Source: the human T2T-CHM13v2.0 reference genome, Homo sapiens. Taken from it: a stretch of 64,000 nucleotides of DNA. Position 1 is the first letter of the stretch. Each line of letters opens with the position of its first letter. Positions 1 through 13,382 of this stretch are shown here, piece by piece. Position numbers and translations under genes: made by a program. Where the stretch lies: the NCBI RefSeq assembly GCF_009914755.1, contig NC_060947.1; one strand, written 5' to 3'. The notes below the pieces were generated by a model that was given only the letters and a program-made list of their open reading frames with translations, did not search any database and was not told the DNA's origin.

Positions 1-278
1 GTCTTGCTCTATCACCAGGTGGGAGTGCAGTGGCACAATCTCGGCTCACTGTAACCTCTGCCTCCTGCCTCCCGGGTCCAAGCAATTCCCCTGCCTCAGT
101 CTCCCAAGTAGGTGGGACTACAGGCGCACACCACCATGCCCAGCTAACTTTTGTATTTTTAGTAGAGACGGGGTTTCACCATGTTGGCCAGGATGGTCTC
201 GATCTCTTGACCTCGTGATCCACCCATCTCGGCCTCCCAAAGTGCTGGGATTATAGGTGTGAGCCACCGCACCCAGCC
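1..278 (-). mobile_element. Alu (AluS-like), cut by the window start
   Basis: Antisense Alu dimer ending ...gagccaccgcacccagcc. Confidence 0.95.
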
Positions 279-2509
279 AAACCTTGATTTTTTTAGCCAC
301 CTCTGGGATTGCCTGGGTTCCCTTTGGAGAAGAAACTAAAAGTTATGGCCATAGAAAAAGCCCTGGTAAGAAAATATTTGAATGGTGTAAGATGGTGGAA
401 GGAAAGCCATCCCACACCCCTACAACATATGTTCTGGCATTTATAAACTGCTTGATTGTGTGCCTCAAGGGGAGAAAAAGTCAAGCAATGCTTCAAAGGC
501 CAGGCTTTCTAAGCAAATGAGTGGTTCAAAGCAGTGTTTGGCTCAAGGGCAGTCTGGTTTTATGGATAGGGCCGACCCAAGACATCTGCTCATGAAGAAA
601 TGTGGCATCTGTTGCCATTTCCTAAACTATAAGGTTTAGATAGATTGTCTTGAATTTTGATAGCAAATTTTTTTAAATTTATATTTCTGCCTCCTCGTAC
701 ATCCTTATATATGGAAAAAAAAGTAAGAGTTCCTCAGATCAGAGCTCAGTAGCTGTGTCAATTTGAAGTTCAATCAGTGTAGTTGTCCTGGGGTGATCGC
801 TGACTCTGCTCTGTTTCATATTTCAGTTGCTTGCTCCAAGGAGAGAATTTCTGAGAACAATGGGTGTTAGCAACTTTAAGTTACTCCCCAAACGTTTGCT
901 GGCCACATTCTCATTTCTAAACATCTGGATCTGGGTAAAGGTTTGAATAGATGTAGGGAACAAAATTGGTTTTTCCATGGTGTAGTCTAATTTTGCCAAA
1001 TCACCCAAGAAAGAAAGTATATGACGTGTGGAGTTTGCATTTCTTGGATGGGACCTATCGGGTCACCCAGCCCAGTCTTACAGTCATAAATTCCTACCTC
1101 TTAGTTCCTGCCAAAGGGCCTTCAGCCTCTGTGTGCACACTTATTGAATGAATGCTTTGCCTAAAGTTTGGCCTTTTGAAGAAAAACAGCATGTGATAAT
1201 ATAAAAATATGAGAGTTTAAAAAAAAAAAAGATCTCTGCCTCTCTTCTCTCTGCCTCGTCCCACCTTGCTGTCTGTCTCATTGTCTTTCTCTCCCCTCAC
1301 CATGCGCTGAATTCAGATTTCTCTTTCTTTTATTATAGGCATGTTGTTTTGAATGTGGACTTTGTGGGAGGGAGAGGATTGTTCTGAGAACAGAAACTGG
1401 AAGATACGTCTGAGTTGATGGGACCAACAGGGCTTTGCTCCTCTGTGAGGGCCAAAGCCATTGATACTTGTCGGGGGTGATGAGGGCTTTAGCATCTCAA
1501 GGCAGACATATGAAGTATTTACTGCTAAACTATATTACTTACTAGTACAAATCTGTTGGAATTCAGGGGCAGTCTAAGATTTGGTGAGTGAAATGCCATC
1601 TGGCAAAATCGAGAAGAGAGTGTGGCCTGAGAGGGGAATGTTCAGCCTCACTGTCACATTAAGGGTACCTCAAAATACATGGTCCTTCCAGTGTGTTCCT
1701 TTTCCTTCCTCCATTTCACTTTGTCCCCTCTTCTTCCTTTCTCTCCCATTTTCCTGGCTTTTTAGCACTCAGCTTTTTTTTATAAGTATGTATTTACTTT
1801 TTATTATATATTTGGTCCTTTGGGACTTTGTGATGATTAAGAATTTATTCCATTCAGGATTTTAAAATGATGTGTTTAATATTTTGTTCTCTTAAACTCT
1901 TTTGAAGCTATGCTGCTAACCAGGTATAGGCCAGAAAGGAGGTGGCCCAGTCAGTACCTTGCTCACGTCAGCTAAGGGGGACAGTGATGTCATGTGGGTG
2001 ACTCTTCTTCATTTGACCAAGGCCAGCCTCCTGTTCTTACCTCTGCCCATTCATTTCTGGCTATGGGAAAACTACCACCTGTTGAGTGAGCCAATGAGGC
2101 CAGGAAGATCAGAGGGGCTGGGTTCCGGCCCATGGGCCACTATTTGAATTTCTCTGTAGTAAGCTCTTTGTAGGGCTGGCTCCAACTGCAGTAGCCAAAG
2201 AAAACCTGTCTGACTCGACATTTTAATGCCTGAGAGTTGGTGAAAGTTCAGCTGAAGCTAATGTCTAGACATCAGCAGTAACTAGGCATCCAGAAAGTAG
2301 CTTCAACCAAAGCTAATAGAGCCCAAGTTTCCGCAGGAAGTTTGGTGCTGAGCTGTCCAGAGCAGTTGTTTATCTGAGTGTTGCTAGCCCTTAGCCATGC
2401 TTTCTTAGCTTTATTCTCGCCTGTTCCTAGGCATAGCCTGAACCAGAGCTATGGCTCACTGCTCGCTTTATTCTACTCCCTAGTCATGCGGAACAACATA
2501 GTCTAAAAA

Positions 2510-2720
2510 GGAAGATGTGGACTGGGGAGTTAGGAGACCTGATTTCTATTCCCTATGCTTCTACTAACTAGCCTCGAGATCTTAACCGCTCTGTGCCTCA
2601 GTGTTCCCATCTGCAAAATGGGGATAGTGTTAATTGCCCTACCTACCTCACAGGGTTGTTGTGAGGATAAACTGAGACAATGAATTCAAAGCAAGTTGAC
2701 AAGTAAGTGCTATGCAAATT
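2510..2720 (+). mobile_element. MIR SINE
   Basis: MIR core ctctgtgcctcagtgttcccatctgcaaaatggggatag. Confidence 0.8.
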
Positions 2721-2855
2721 GTAAGAAATGGAAACAATCATGTTAAAAGCAATGGAATGGACATTGGCAGAAGGGTTAATGGATTGTCCAGCCCTTTCTC
2801 TGTGTGGCTTAAACCCAGGTCGCCATTGCTTTATACATTTTCACTTAGCACAGAT

Positions 2856-2914
2856 TTGTAATTATGCATGTAATAAAGCACAGCCTTATCCACCCTGGTG
2901 TCTGGTGTGTTTCT
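2856..2914 (+). terminator. Cleavage/polyadenylation site
   Basis: Upstream TGTA motifs, AATAAA at 2872-2877, CA near 2892, then GT-rich ctggtgtctggtgtgtttct. Confidence 0.7.
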
Positions 2915-4967
2915 AAAGACCCTAAACTTGGTAGCTATTGATTTCTGATCAGAAAACCACAGGGGCAGAGTGGAAGGTTCAGGGGAGGGTAGCACAAAAC
3001 ACAACTGCAAACCCCTACTGGCAGGCCCACTGCTTAAAAAGATTTATTAAATAGTTATTTTCACATTTACAGACTCAGTAATACTCTTTACCATAAGGAG
3101 GCAAATAAGAGGCAGCTTGCGTTTTTGGAGATGTTCCAGATACCCGGATACCTCATTCATTGTGGCTACTTAAATGTTCCTGTCTCATACATTGGTGATA
3201 CTTTCCTGATGATGTGAGAATTGGCTGGGAGCTGTATTTTTCTCTCTCTTTGAGCTCTTAATGATGTAAGGTCGTGGGCTTTGACAGGCCTCTTGCCTAC
3301 AGCTACTTTGTACAAGGAGGAGGATGGGTAATCAAAACGGTCCTCCCATGAATACTAGGATTCTTAGTACCCTCTTTATGGTGTATTGGGATTAAAATGT
3401 CTTCTGTACGAAATCCTCTGAAGTTACCCTGTAGATTAAAGTGGGGTGAGGTATGGGGAGGTTGCTGTATCTGTGGACATTTTCATGCCTTGCTGGAACA
3501 CGGAAAGCTACACTTTGAAGTACAGCTTTCCTACTTTCTCACTCTATTTTTCCTGTGTCTCACTCCCCCACTCACTCCTGCTCTCTGTTAGCCAGGCAGT
3601 ACTAGGAAGACAGTGTACCATGTGTCCAAGTTTTACTTTAAGAATTTCCCTAGTTGACATTTGATCACACCTGCACTGGTGTTGACTTGATTTCTTGTTG
3701 CTACTGAGAACTTTAATGCCTTTGGCCTAGTTGGTGTCATTTCAGGAAGGACACCTCTGTGTGAAAATGACTCCCTCATAAGCCTAAAATCCCACAAAAT
3801 TTCAGTTATTGATGTTATTTATCATTTTACCGTACCCCTTCCACACTACCGTCATTCCTGCCTCTAATCTCTATACCTTTTAAGAAATAGCATTACATCT
3901 GTTACCAGCTATCAACAACTTGCTGTGAATCAGAGTGTCATGTCTAGTCACTGTAGAGCTCAGATAAAAGGTGCTTTGATGGAGTATGAAGTACAGACCT
4001 ATCCATCATCTCTTACAGGAGCAGCCCAGAGAAAAAGCTGGAAATAACCACCAGATGTCAGTGCAATCATTAAAATACTGATGTGGCTGAGGTCTGGCCG
4101 GAGGGGAACTGTGAGGGGTAGGCAGGGCAGGAAGCATTAATTCATATATGTAGCTCGGTGCTGGGAATGCAAAATTCAATCATATGAGTATTTCTTCCTT
4201 TATCAGACATTCTCTTAATGTATATAATACACTTTATGCTTTTCTTATTGTTTTTAAAGAAATCAACCACAAGGCAGTCCCTGCCTGTAAGGAGCTTACT
4301 GTCCTGGTATCTGAAAGTTGTAGTTTCTTTTTCTAAGCAATGTCCCAGGTGAAAACATTGAGGAAAGAAGGGCTCTAATTCCTCCCTCAGTAGGGGTGGC
4401 CATATCATTTGCTGTATGACTGGGGCACTTTTGACAGTGGGAGGGACAACAGGCATAAACTAGGACTCTCCCAGGGCAACCAAGAAGTGCGGTGGTTCTG
4501 TTCCTCAGGGATCTTCAGCTCCTGTCCTTTGGAGTCTAGCTCCAGGCCTCCCAAGCTCTTTTCCTAGCATCTCAGGCTCTGCCCTCCCCTTGAGCTCCCA
4601 AGGCCCCTCCCCTGGACTCTCTTTCCTCCCTCATAATAAGCCCTCTCAACTGCCACTGGGTTGTGGGATAAGAGAAATGCTCAAACAACCTCAAGTAAAA
4701 AATTCATATATCAAAAACAAAAATAGAGCTCTGAGAAGAGAGCAACGTTCAGGGTAAGAGGTTCACTGGGGCCTCCTCAAGCTGCCAGGTTGAGGATTTT
4801 CTATACCTATATGTTGCCCACTGCTAGTGTCTCTAAATCGACCATTTGAGCATCTTCATTCCAGAGGTTGCAGATAGAAGAGAAGGTAGAGAAGAGGGAA
4901 TAAGCATAGGATTTGATGCCAGAGGACCTGGACTCAAGGTTTACTACCTTGAGGAATTGGCTACCTT

Positions 4968-5100
4968 TCTTTTATTATTTTTTTGAAGACAGAGTCTCAC
5001 TGTGTTGCCCAGGTTGATCTATAAAGTCCTGGGCTCAAGCGATCCTCCCACCTCAGCCTCCCAAAGTGCTGGGATTACAGGCATGAACCACTGTGACCAG
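4968..5100 (-). mobile_element. Alu monomer (FLAM-like) inserted in a MIR
   Basis: Single Alu arm flanked by gctacctt on both sides. Confidence 0.85.
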
Positions 5101-6283
5101 CTACCTTCCTTGATGAAACAAAACTCAGGATCTCTATGTTTGGCCTTGGATGAACAGCCTCCTCTTGAAAAGGGGCTTCTGCATCTCACAGTATGGCTTT
5201 GTGTTCCACAAGATTCTCCTTGCCTTGGAGGCAGTTTTCCTAGTTACCTCACTGGCCTAGGGGTGTGGTGGAGATCATCCCCTTTTTAATATTCTGGCTC
5301 AAGTGTGCCTCCAGAGCCCAGCTGAGCTGAAAGTAGAACTTTTCATCTAAAAGTTTGGGAAAAATGGGAGAGAGCCTTCGTGATGTACCATGAAATCAGC
5401 CTAGCTCACCCATATTGGTGGCTCCCAAACCTAGCTGTACATCAGAATCATCTGGGTATTAAAAAAGAGATTCCTGGACAGTTTGGCTCCAGACCTTGAG
5501 CTAGTATTTGGAAAACCCTGGAAGAGCATTCCAGGCTTCATCTCACCCTAAAGTCATATCAGCCTCCTGTGTGTGGGCACCATCTTAACACCTGCCACCA
5601 CCTGAGAGAACTCCTTGTCCTTCTGCTTGTTCACTATTGTATCCCAAGCATCAAGTGTAGTGCCTAGCACAGAGCAGGACCTCAGAGAATACAGTGCTTG
5701 CTGAACACTGGCTGGTGGTGCAAAGCTGGACTGCTTAGTTCCTGTTTCCTGCCTGGAGATATGTCTCTTACCTGGTTGTATACCACCTTCTGGGCACACT
5801 ACACTTACCCGGCCACAGGGGGTTCTGGCTCTTACATTACAAGTCACAACCTGATCATCACCATTGAAGTACAACCCTGTGTGAGTGATGGAGGGCATGC
5901 TTATTTCAGGCTCTTTTACTTCTTCACCAAGTGATTTTAGGCACATGACTTGACCTTTCTGGACCTCAGTAACCTCATCTGCAAATTAAGAATGATGATA
6001 AAACCTGCCTCATTGGACCATCAAGATGATAAATTGAAAGTAGGTACTCACTGGGCTTTACAAATTGGCTATATGAACATCATTGTTATTCATTTGGTCC
6101 TGTGAGCTAAAAGAGCTAATGTATGAGGAATAGTCACTTCATTCAACCAATATTTAATGAGCTCCTACTCAGTGCCATGTACTATACTAAGTACTAGGGA
6201 TACAATAAAAGGAAAAAACAGATCCATTCCCTGCATGACAATCCAAAATAGTCCATTTTGAATGGCATAAACCAGCAGTCTTT

Positions 6284-6541
6284 TTGTTGTTGAGACAGGG
6301 TCTTGCTCTATTGCCCAGGCTGGAGTGCAGTGGCTGATCATAGCTTGCTGAAACCTCAACCTCCTGGGCTCAAGCAATCCTCCCACCTCAGCCTCCTGAG
6401 TAGCTGGCACTACAGGCATGCCCCACCACACCCAGCTAAGTTTTGTATTTTTTGTAGAGATGGGGTTTCACCATGTTGCCCAGGCTGGTCTCAGACTTCT
6501 GAGCTCGAGAGCTCCACCTGACTTGGTCTCCCAAAGTGATG
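6284..6541 (-). mobile_element. AluJ-like
   Basis: Antisense Alu, TSD ccagcagtcttt. Confidence 0.9.
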
Positions 6542-7904
6542 GCCAGCAGTCTTTTCTAGTGATAAGATATTTTTACCCCTTCAAGTCCAATGTTTGCGGG
6601 CTTGGCAGCCTCTCCTTTATATTAACAGAATCTTGGAACCTCTCCCACCACAATGTTTCCTGACTATTTTTCCCTTTGAGACTCTGAATATGTCACTAAA
6701 TCAGGGCATCCCAGGTACACTCAAACCAGTCTTGTCATTTATGGTTTTCAAGAGGGACACACTCACTTTATTCCTCCCTGTTCCAACTCCCATTTGGCCA
6801 CATCTGAGCCTACAAAGACACTCAGAAAACCCTTGCCCCAGAGATCACCCAGCCTGACAAAGTTCCTTGTACCCCATCCGCCCTCACCTTGTCCTCAAGC
6901 ATGATGCCTCTTGCTAGTTCTAGTTACAAAATAAAAACTCCCTTGTCTATAAGTGGATACCAACAGATATGACTGTGTGTATGTGGAAATGAGGGTTGTC
7001 TTCATTAGCAATAATATACCAGAAGTGCTTTATTACACAAACATCCTTGAACTTTACTACAACCCTGTGATATAGGCAAAATATGAAGAACCCAAGACTT
7101 GGTTGTGATTTGCTCAGTAACTCAGAGGCAGGAAGTGATGTAACAGAAACTGGAACTCAATGTCTTTGACCCCAAGCCCAATGATCTACTACTAATTTTG
7201 TGGCTCAGTGCTCCTGTTCATCCTGAACATTTTCAGGCCAATTTATGGGAAGAAGGTAACAGAAGCTTGCCTGGTGAAGTTGGGCAGTTGGCCTGGTGTT
7301 AAAAATTTACTGTGGGTAAGAATCTGTATAGAGACATATAGATGATTAGAAACAATTCTAGGAAGGGGATCTCCAAAGAGATTTCTTTTAAAATGTGAAT
7401 GTGAAGAAATTGAGAAGTGGAAATGGGTGGGGGTTGAGGAGCAGTGTCTGGAGTCCTGTATTTATTAATTTGCCTCCCTTAGTATTATTTGGAGTTTTAC
7501 CAAGAGCTTGTATTACTTTTATTATTTTTTTACAAGTAAAGTAAAGATCCAGGAAAGGAAATAATATTTTTATATGTGATTATAAGGATGTGTTCATCTC
7601 ATCAATTGGAAGCTAAATTTGTTTTTCCTATGAACTAATGATGAACAATGAAAACTAAAGCCTCAGGTCCAGTAAGTGGATGTTATGATGAGAATTTCCA
7701 TCCCTAGCGGGGGGGCCATATGACTCATGCTGGCATCGGGGGCTGTTTTCTCTCATAATCTAACACAGCAGCCAGAATTATCCTTTTAAAACATTAATCA
7801 GATCATGTCACTTGCTGGATTTGAAACCTTTTGGTGACTTCCCATTATATCCAAGGCAAATCCAACCCCTTCCCCTGGTCTCTCAGGTTTTCCACGTCCT
7901 TCAT

Positions 7905-8368
7905 GTGGTATGGCTTGCTAACTTGATGTGTTGAAGTGTGTCCTCCAAAAATTCATGTTGAAGTCCTCATTATCTCTAAATGTGACCTTATTTGGAAACA
8001 AGGTTGTTGCAGATGTAATTAAGTTAGAATGAGGTCATACTGGCATAGGGTGGGCCCCTAATTCAATATGACTCTTGTCCTGATAAGAAGGGGAAATTTG
8101 GATGCACGGAGAACATCATGTGAAGATGAAGGCAGAGATGGGGTGATGCTTCTACAAGCCAAAGAACAGCAAAGATCACCAAAAATCTACCAGATGCTGG
8201 GGGAGAGGCGTGAGACAGATTATCCCTCCTAGCCCCCCAGAAGGAACCGACTCTGCTGACACCTTGATCTTGGACTTGTAGCCTCCAGAACTGTGAGACA
8301 GTACATTTCTCTTGTTGAAGCCCCCAGTTTATGGTACTTTGTTATAGCAGCCCCAGCAAACTAACACG
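7905..8368 (+). mobile_element. MaLR LTR (MLT1B/C-like) inserted in L2
   Basis: tgtgaccttatttggaaacaaggttg...ttgttatagcagccccagcaaactaacac; L2-like sequence on both flanks (7740-7900, 8370-8970). Confidence 0.8.
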
Positions 8369-8704
8369 CCTCCTCTCTTACCACTCACCCTCTTCTCTCA
8401 CTTGCCCCCAGCACAGTATCTTTTTTTTTTTCAGTTACACACACACACCAAATGTATTCCACCCCAGGATCTTTGCACTGTATGTTTTAGCTTTCTCAAA
8501 TGTACTTCCCCCAGACCTTCACATGACTGGCTCCTTCTTGTCAATCAATTTAAATGTCTTTTCTTACAGAGGGCTTCCCTGACCCCCCAGCCATTTTTAA
8601 TTGCATCATGCTCATTTTTTTCTTTGGAGAAGTCATCATTATCTGATATTTTTTTTGTTTGTTTATAGTATATCTTCCCCCAATTACAATGTAAGTTCCA
8701 TAGG

Positions 8705-8875
8705 CTTTTTGTTTGTTTGTTTGTTTTAGAAATGGGGTCTTACTCTGTCACCAAGCTGGAGTGCAGTGGTGTCATAGCTCACTGCAGCCTCCAACTCCTG
8801 GGCTCAAGCGATCCTCCCACCTCAACCTCCAAGTAGCTGGGACTGGACTGTAGGAGTGAGCCACCACACCCTGCT
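8705..8875 (-). mobile_element. Partial Alu (right arm)
   Basis: Antisense Alu arm, TSD agttccatagg. Confidence 0.85.
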
Positions 8876-9129
8876 AGTTCCATAGGTTTTTTTCACCCTT
8901 GTATCCCCAGATTCTACTTAGACTTACCAGACACACTATAAACATTATAAATATGTATTGAGTGAATGGGAAGAATTCTTCACTGATGGGCTCATTCATT
9001 AAACATTTATTGAGTCTCTGCTATTTGAACAGCTACTGTGATAGAAATTGACGCACATAGTCTAATAAGATAGGCTTCCTCCCCTTTGACTTCCTAAAAG
9101 GCTGTGGCTCCTGCTAGGTTCCAATACTG

Positions 9130-9370
9130 GTGTAGTAGAAAGAGCATGGGCTTTGGAGTCTGACAGACCTAAGTTCATATCCTAGCTCTGCCACTTACTT
9201 GCTGTGTGGTCTGGGCAAAGCACCCAACCTCTCTGTCTCTCAATTGTCTCTTCTGCCAAATGGAGATACTAATACCTAACCCAGAGAACTGTGGTAAGAA
9301 ATAAATAAGACACGTAATGTGTGTGAAAAGCTTAGCAGTGCCTGGTTGGTACCCAGTAGGTTCTCAAAAA
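9130..9370 (+). mobile_element. MIR SINE
   Basis: tRNA-derived head ggtgtagtagaaagagcatgggctttggagtc plus core. Confidence 0.85.
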
Positions 9371-10402
9371 AGGGAATTTCCCTTTCTACTTCACTCTAGT
9401 GAGATAACCAAAGCCCCTCTTCTCACAGCTGTCTGCCTCTCTTTGGGGGAAATTAGCAGTTCTCCAGGACAGCAGTAGAAATAATTTGGCCTGAGGGGAG
9501 CCCCCGGCTTACTGCAGTGCTCTCTTATCAAGGATCTCTGAGGAGCCATTCAGGTGGAGGTGCCCCTTGTTGGAAATAAACACCCAGTGTACTTCTCTTC
9601 ATGCTCCATATATGAGGTAGCCATTCATTCATTCATTTGTTCACTTATTCAGCAGCTATTTATTGAACGTATATTATGTTCTAGGCACTGTGCTGAGTGC
9701 TGGGAATATAGCAGCAAATAACAACACAGACACGGGCCTTGTCTTCACAGTACTTGCAGTCTAGTGAAGTTTTTGTTGATTTGTTTTCCCTGTATGCCTC
9801 CAGCAAATATTTATTGGGCCTGGGGATTCTAGGCTTTCTCTAGCTTGAGAAAATGGTGACTATGGCAACCAGACTTTTATCATACCACTACCAGCCGTTG
9901 CCCCAGATGACCAAGTGGCCCTGGATCTGGCGCAGGCAGAGAGAACAATGTTTGTCCTTGGAGTTTTACAGGCTTAGGAATCCTCTGCAAGTTATTCTTA
10001 AAAGTTCTGTGTGTTGGGTGCTCTGTTTCAAGCACTAGACTTCATGCTTCACTTCCATGGTTTTGCTTAATCCCCCACAACAACCTTGAGAAGTAGATAC
10101 TGTTATTAAACCCGTTTATGTTAGATAAAGAAAGGGAAGTGTATGCCAGTGGGTAGGTGAAGTGACTTGCTCTGGGTCACACAGATAGTAAGCGGTGAGA
10201 TGGCATTCAAGTCCAGAGCTGTATGACTCCTGAGTTGTTTTCTACAATACCACAATGTTTCAAATATTGCCACGGGATATTTCTGCAAAGGAAGCATTAC
10301 ACAGGGCTGACTTGCTGGAACCTAGGAGAGCCCTTGAAAGAAAAAGTAAAGGCCAATCAAACTCAGTTTATAGACAGGAATCCTCAAGTTTCCATATCTT
10401 CT

Positions 10403-10741
10403 TGTATTAGTTATTTGTTACTGGGTAACACTATTACCAGAAACTTAGCAGCTTTAAACAACACATAATTATTACTTCACAGTTTCTGTGGGTCAGGAGT
10501 CTTGGCATGGCTTAGCTGGGTCCTCCATAAGGCTGCAGTCAAGGTGTTGGTCAGGGCCGGTCTCTCATCAGAGGCTCAACTGGGCAAGAATCCACTTCTA
10601 AGCTCATACGATTGTTGGTGGCATTAAATTCCTTGTGGGCTATCAGACCAAAGGCCTCAGTTCCTAGCTTGCTGTTGACCTGTTGCCACTCAGTTTCTTG
10701 CTGTATTAGTCGGAGTTTTCCAGAGAAAAAGAATCCCTAGG

Positions 10742-10773
<32 letters not shown>

Positions 10774-12560
10774 ATGTGTGTATGCATATGCATGTGTATA
10801 TTGAGAGATTTATTTTAAGGAATTGGCTCATGTAATTATGGAAGTTGGCAAGTTCAAAATCTTCATGGTGGTCTGGCAGGCTGAAGACCCAGAGAAGAAC
10901 TGGTGTTGCAGTTCAAGTTCAAAGGCCATGAACTGGCAGAATTCACTCTTGTTCTGGGGAAGTCAGGATTTTGTTCTATTCAGGCTTTCAACTGTTTGGA
11001 GGAAGTCCACCCTCATTAAGAAATCTGCTTTACTCAAAGCACATTGATTTAAATGTTAGTCTCATCTAAAACCACCCTCACAGAAACATCCAGAATAAAC
11101 TTTGATCAAATATCTGGGTACCAAAACATAGCCACATTGACATAAAATTAACCATCATTACATCAGTGTAATGTGGGAAACTAAAAAAAAAAATTTACCA
11201 ACATGCTTGTCATAGTGAACCTCCCCGACATGACCACTTGCTTCATCAAAGGAAGATGAAGCAAGGAAGTGAGTCTCCTAACAAGAGACACCTTGCAAGA
11301 TTATGTAACATAATCACAGCATCTTGCCCACACTCAAGGGGAGGAGGATTACACAAGAACATGAATTCCAGGAGGCAGAAATCACACAGGCCATGTTAGA
11401 GTCTTTCTGCCACAGTCTACTCCTTGACTTCCAATGATTCATGTCTCTCTCACACGCAAAATACATTCATTTCTTTCTCAATATTCCTCAAAATCTCATC
11501 CCATTGTAGCATCTGCTTAAAGTCTAGAATCTCATGATCTAAATCAGGTCCAGGTGAAGATGCAATGTTTTAGGCAAAATTCTTCTCAATTTGTTGATCT
11601 GTAAAATGAAAGAGACATGTAATCTACCTCCCATAAAACCAACATAAAATGTTGGGAAGGCTTAAGATAACTGCTATAGACATTTCCATTTGAAAAGGAG
11701 CGGGGAAATGGGAGGCATGCACTGGTCCATGACAATTGTGAAATCCAGCTGGGCAAATGTTGGATGTTCCTTCATTAGTTCTTAAGTCCTGTTTGGTCTC
11801 TTGGTTCTGCCTTCTGAATTGTCCTTCCTTTTCCACAAAAGGTAGCACATGTGTGCAGCTAAGTAGTTTATCAGACTGCTCCCTGCCAGTAGAATTTTAG
11901 GGGTCCAGCAGCTATCTTTAATTTTGTATGCTGTCTGTCTCCATCCAAGCTAACAGTGTTTCTGCTTAAATAACTTCCTCCAAAACTTTCGAATCTTCAG
12001 TGGATTTAACTGGAGTTTGCTCCATTAGAAAAAGACATACCCACAGATCTGTTTGAGATAAGCCCTTCTTTACCTTGGACTCCTTCTGTGATGGCTTAGG
12101 TACACAACTCTTACGTTTCCTAAGAGGCCCTATTGTTTGAGAGGTTCTTGGAGCCACACCTTTAATCTCTTGAAAGGGCCCTTTGTGTGACTGAATACCA
12201 CTCTGATCCTTTGATCTGAGATTTTAACAAAAGATTGTCCAGTTGCTGTTGGCTTTTTCTCTATGCCATGCTTTCCTAGCAGTGCTTGGAAGCCATTTCT
12301 TAATTTTAGCATCTTTTGCCATCTGGAGAGACTAAGAATCAAGTACTGATTTCTTTTGGGTTTAAAAGTGCTTCCCTCAATTTATGTCTCTCCTCTCACA
12401 TTTTACTATAAGCATCAAGAAAAAACCAGCCCACAGCTTCAACACTTTGCTTGGAAATCTTGTTAACTAAATAACCACATTCATCACCTACACTCTACTT
12501 TCCACATAATCGCAGGCAACAGTTTCAGTAAGTGTTTTTCCACTACTTAACAAGGATCCC
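10403..12560 (-). mobile_element. MaLR MLT1E/F-like LTR plus internal sequence, interrupted by an MLT2 LTR
   Basis: tgtattagtt...ctgccaca LTR ends, followed by MLT1-int-like sequence. Confidence 0.7.
10703..11158 (-). mobile_element. ERVL MLT2-type LTR with internal (TG)n
   Basis: tgtattagtc...gagatttattttaaggaattggctcatg...gacataaaattaaccatca. Confidence 0.8.
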
Positions 12561-12714
12561 CCATAGCCCTGTGCCTGCCACATGGTACGTGCTTAATAAA
12601 TTTTACTATTGCTATTACAACATACACAATGGGAAACAGTAACACCTATCTTATGAGATGGCTGTGAGAATTTCATGAGATTATGTGTGAAGCTGCCTGA
12701 AATATAATAGGTAC

Positions 12715-13357
12715 TGTAAACCAAAAATAAAATTCTAAGCCCCCCAACCATTTGAATGGACCCCTTCTCTCAGCCAAGGGCATTCCAAAATTAACCTGAA
12801 AAACTACTTCAGGCCATGATGGGAAGGGGAAGTTGGATATGCCTTATTATTCCCTCCTTCCTTTTGGAATTCAGGCACAGCTGACCAGCACTAACATCAA
12901 CACAGAGACCTTAAGTCTGATAGAACAGACTCTTTAAGTCTGATAAGAAACATTTACAATCTATTCTCTCTGAAGCCTGCTACCTGGAAGCTTCATCTGC
13001 AAGACAAAACCTTGATCTCTTCAACCCCCTATCATAACCTAGACATTCCTTTCTATTGATTCCAGGTCTTTAGATAATAACAAATTACCAATCAGAAAAT
13101 CTTTGAATTCACCTATTACCTGGAAGCTCCTGCTTCCAGTTGTCCTACCTTTCTGGACTGAACCAATGTACATCTTACATGTATTGATTGATGTCTTATG
13201 TCTCCGTAAATATATAGAACCAAGTTGTAGCCCTACCACCTTGAGCACATGTTGTCAGGATCTCCTGAGGGTGTGTCATGGATATGTCCTTAACTTTGGC
13301 AAAATAAACTTCTAAGTTGATTGAGACTTGTCTCAGGTGTAAACTTTTTGGTTTACA
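12715..13357 (+). mobile_element. ERV1 MER4-group solo LTR
   Basis: TGTAAACC...GGTTTACA termini, 4-bp TSD gtac/gtat, internal AATAAA. Confidence 0.85.
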
Positions 13358-13382
13358 GTATGCATATCCCTTCCCTTTCCTT

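Larger units (their letters stand above)
1..2895 (+). other. CLCN5: Probable distal 3' UTR of the upstream gene (CLCN5 by recalled locus position)
   Basis: Mostly unique sequence ending in a canonical poly(A) site. Gene identity is inferred only from recalled proximity to PYY3 on Xp11; no coding sequence is in the window. Confidence 0.55.
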
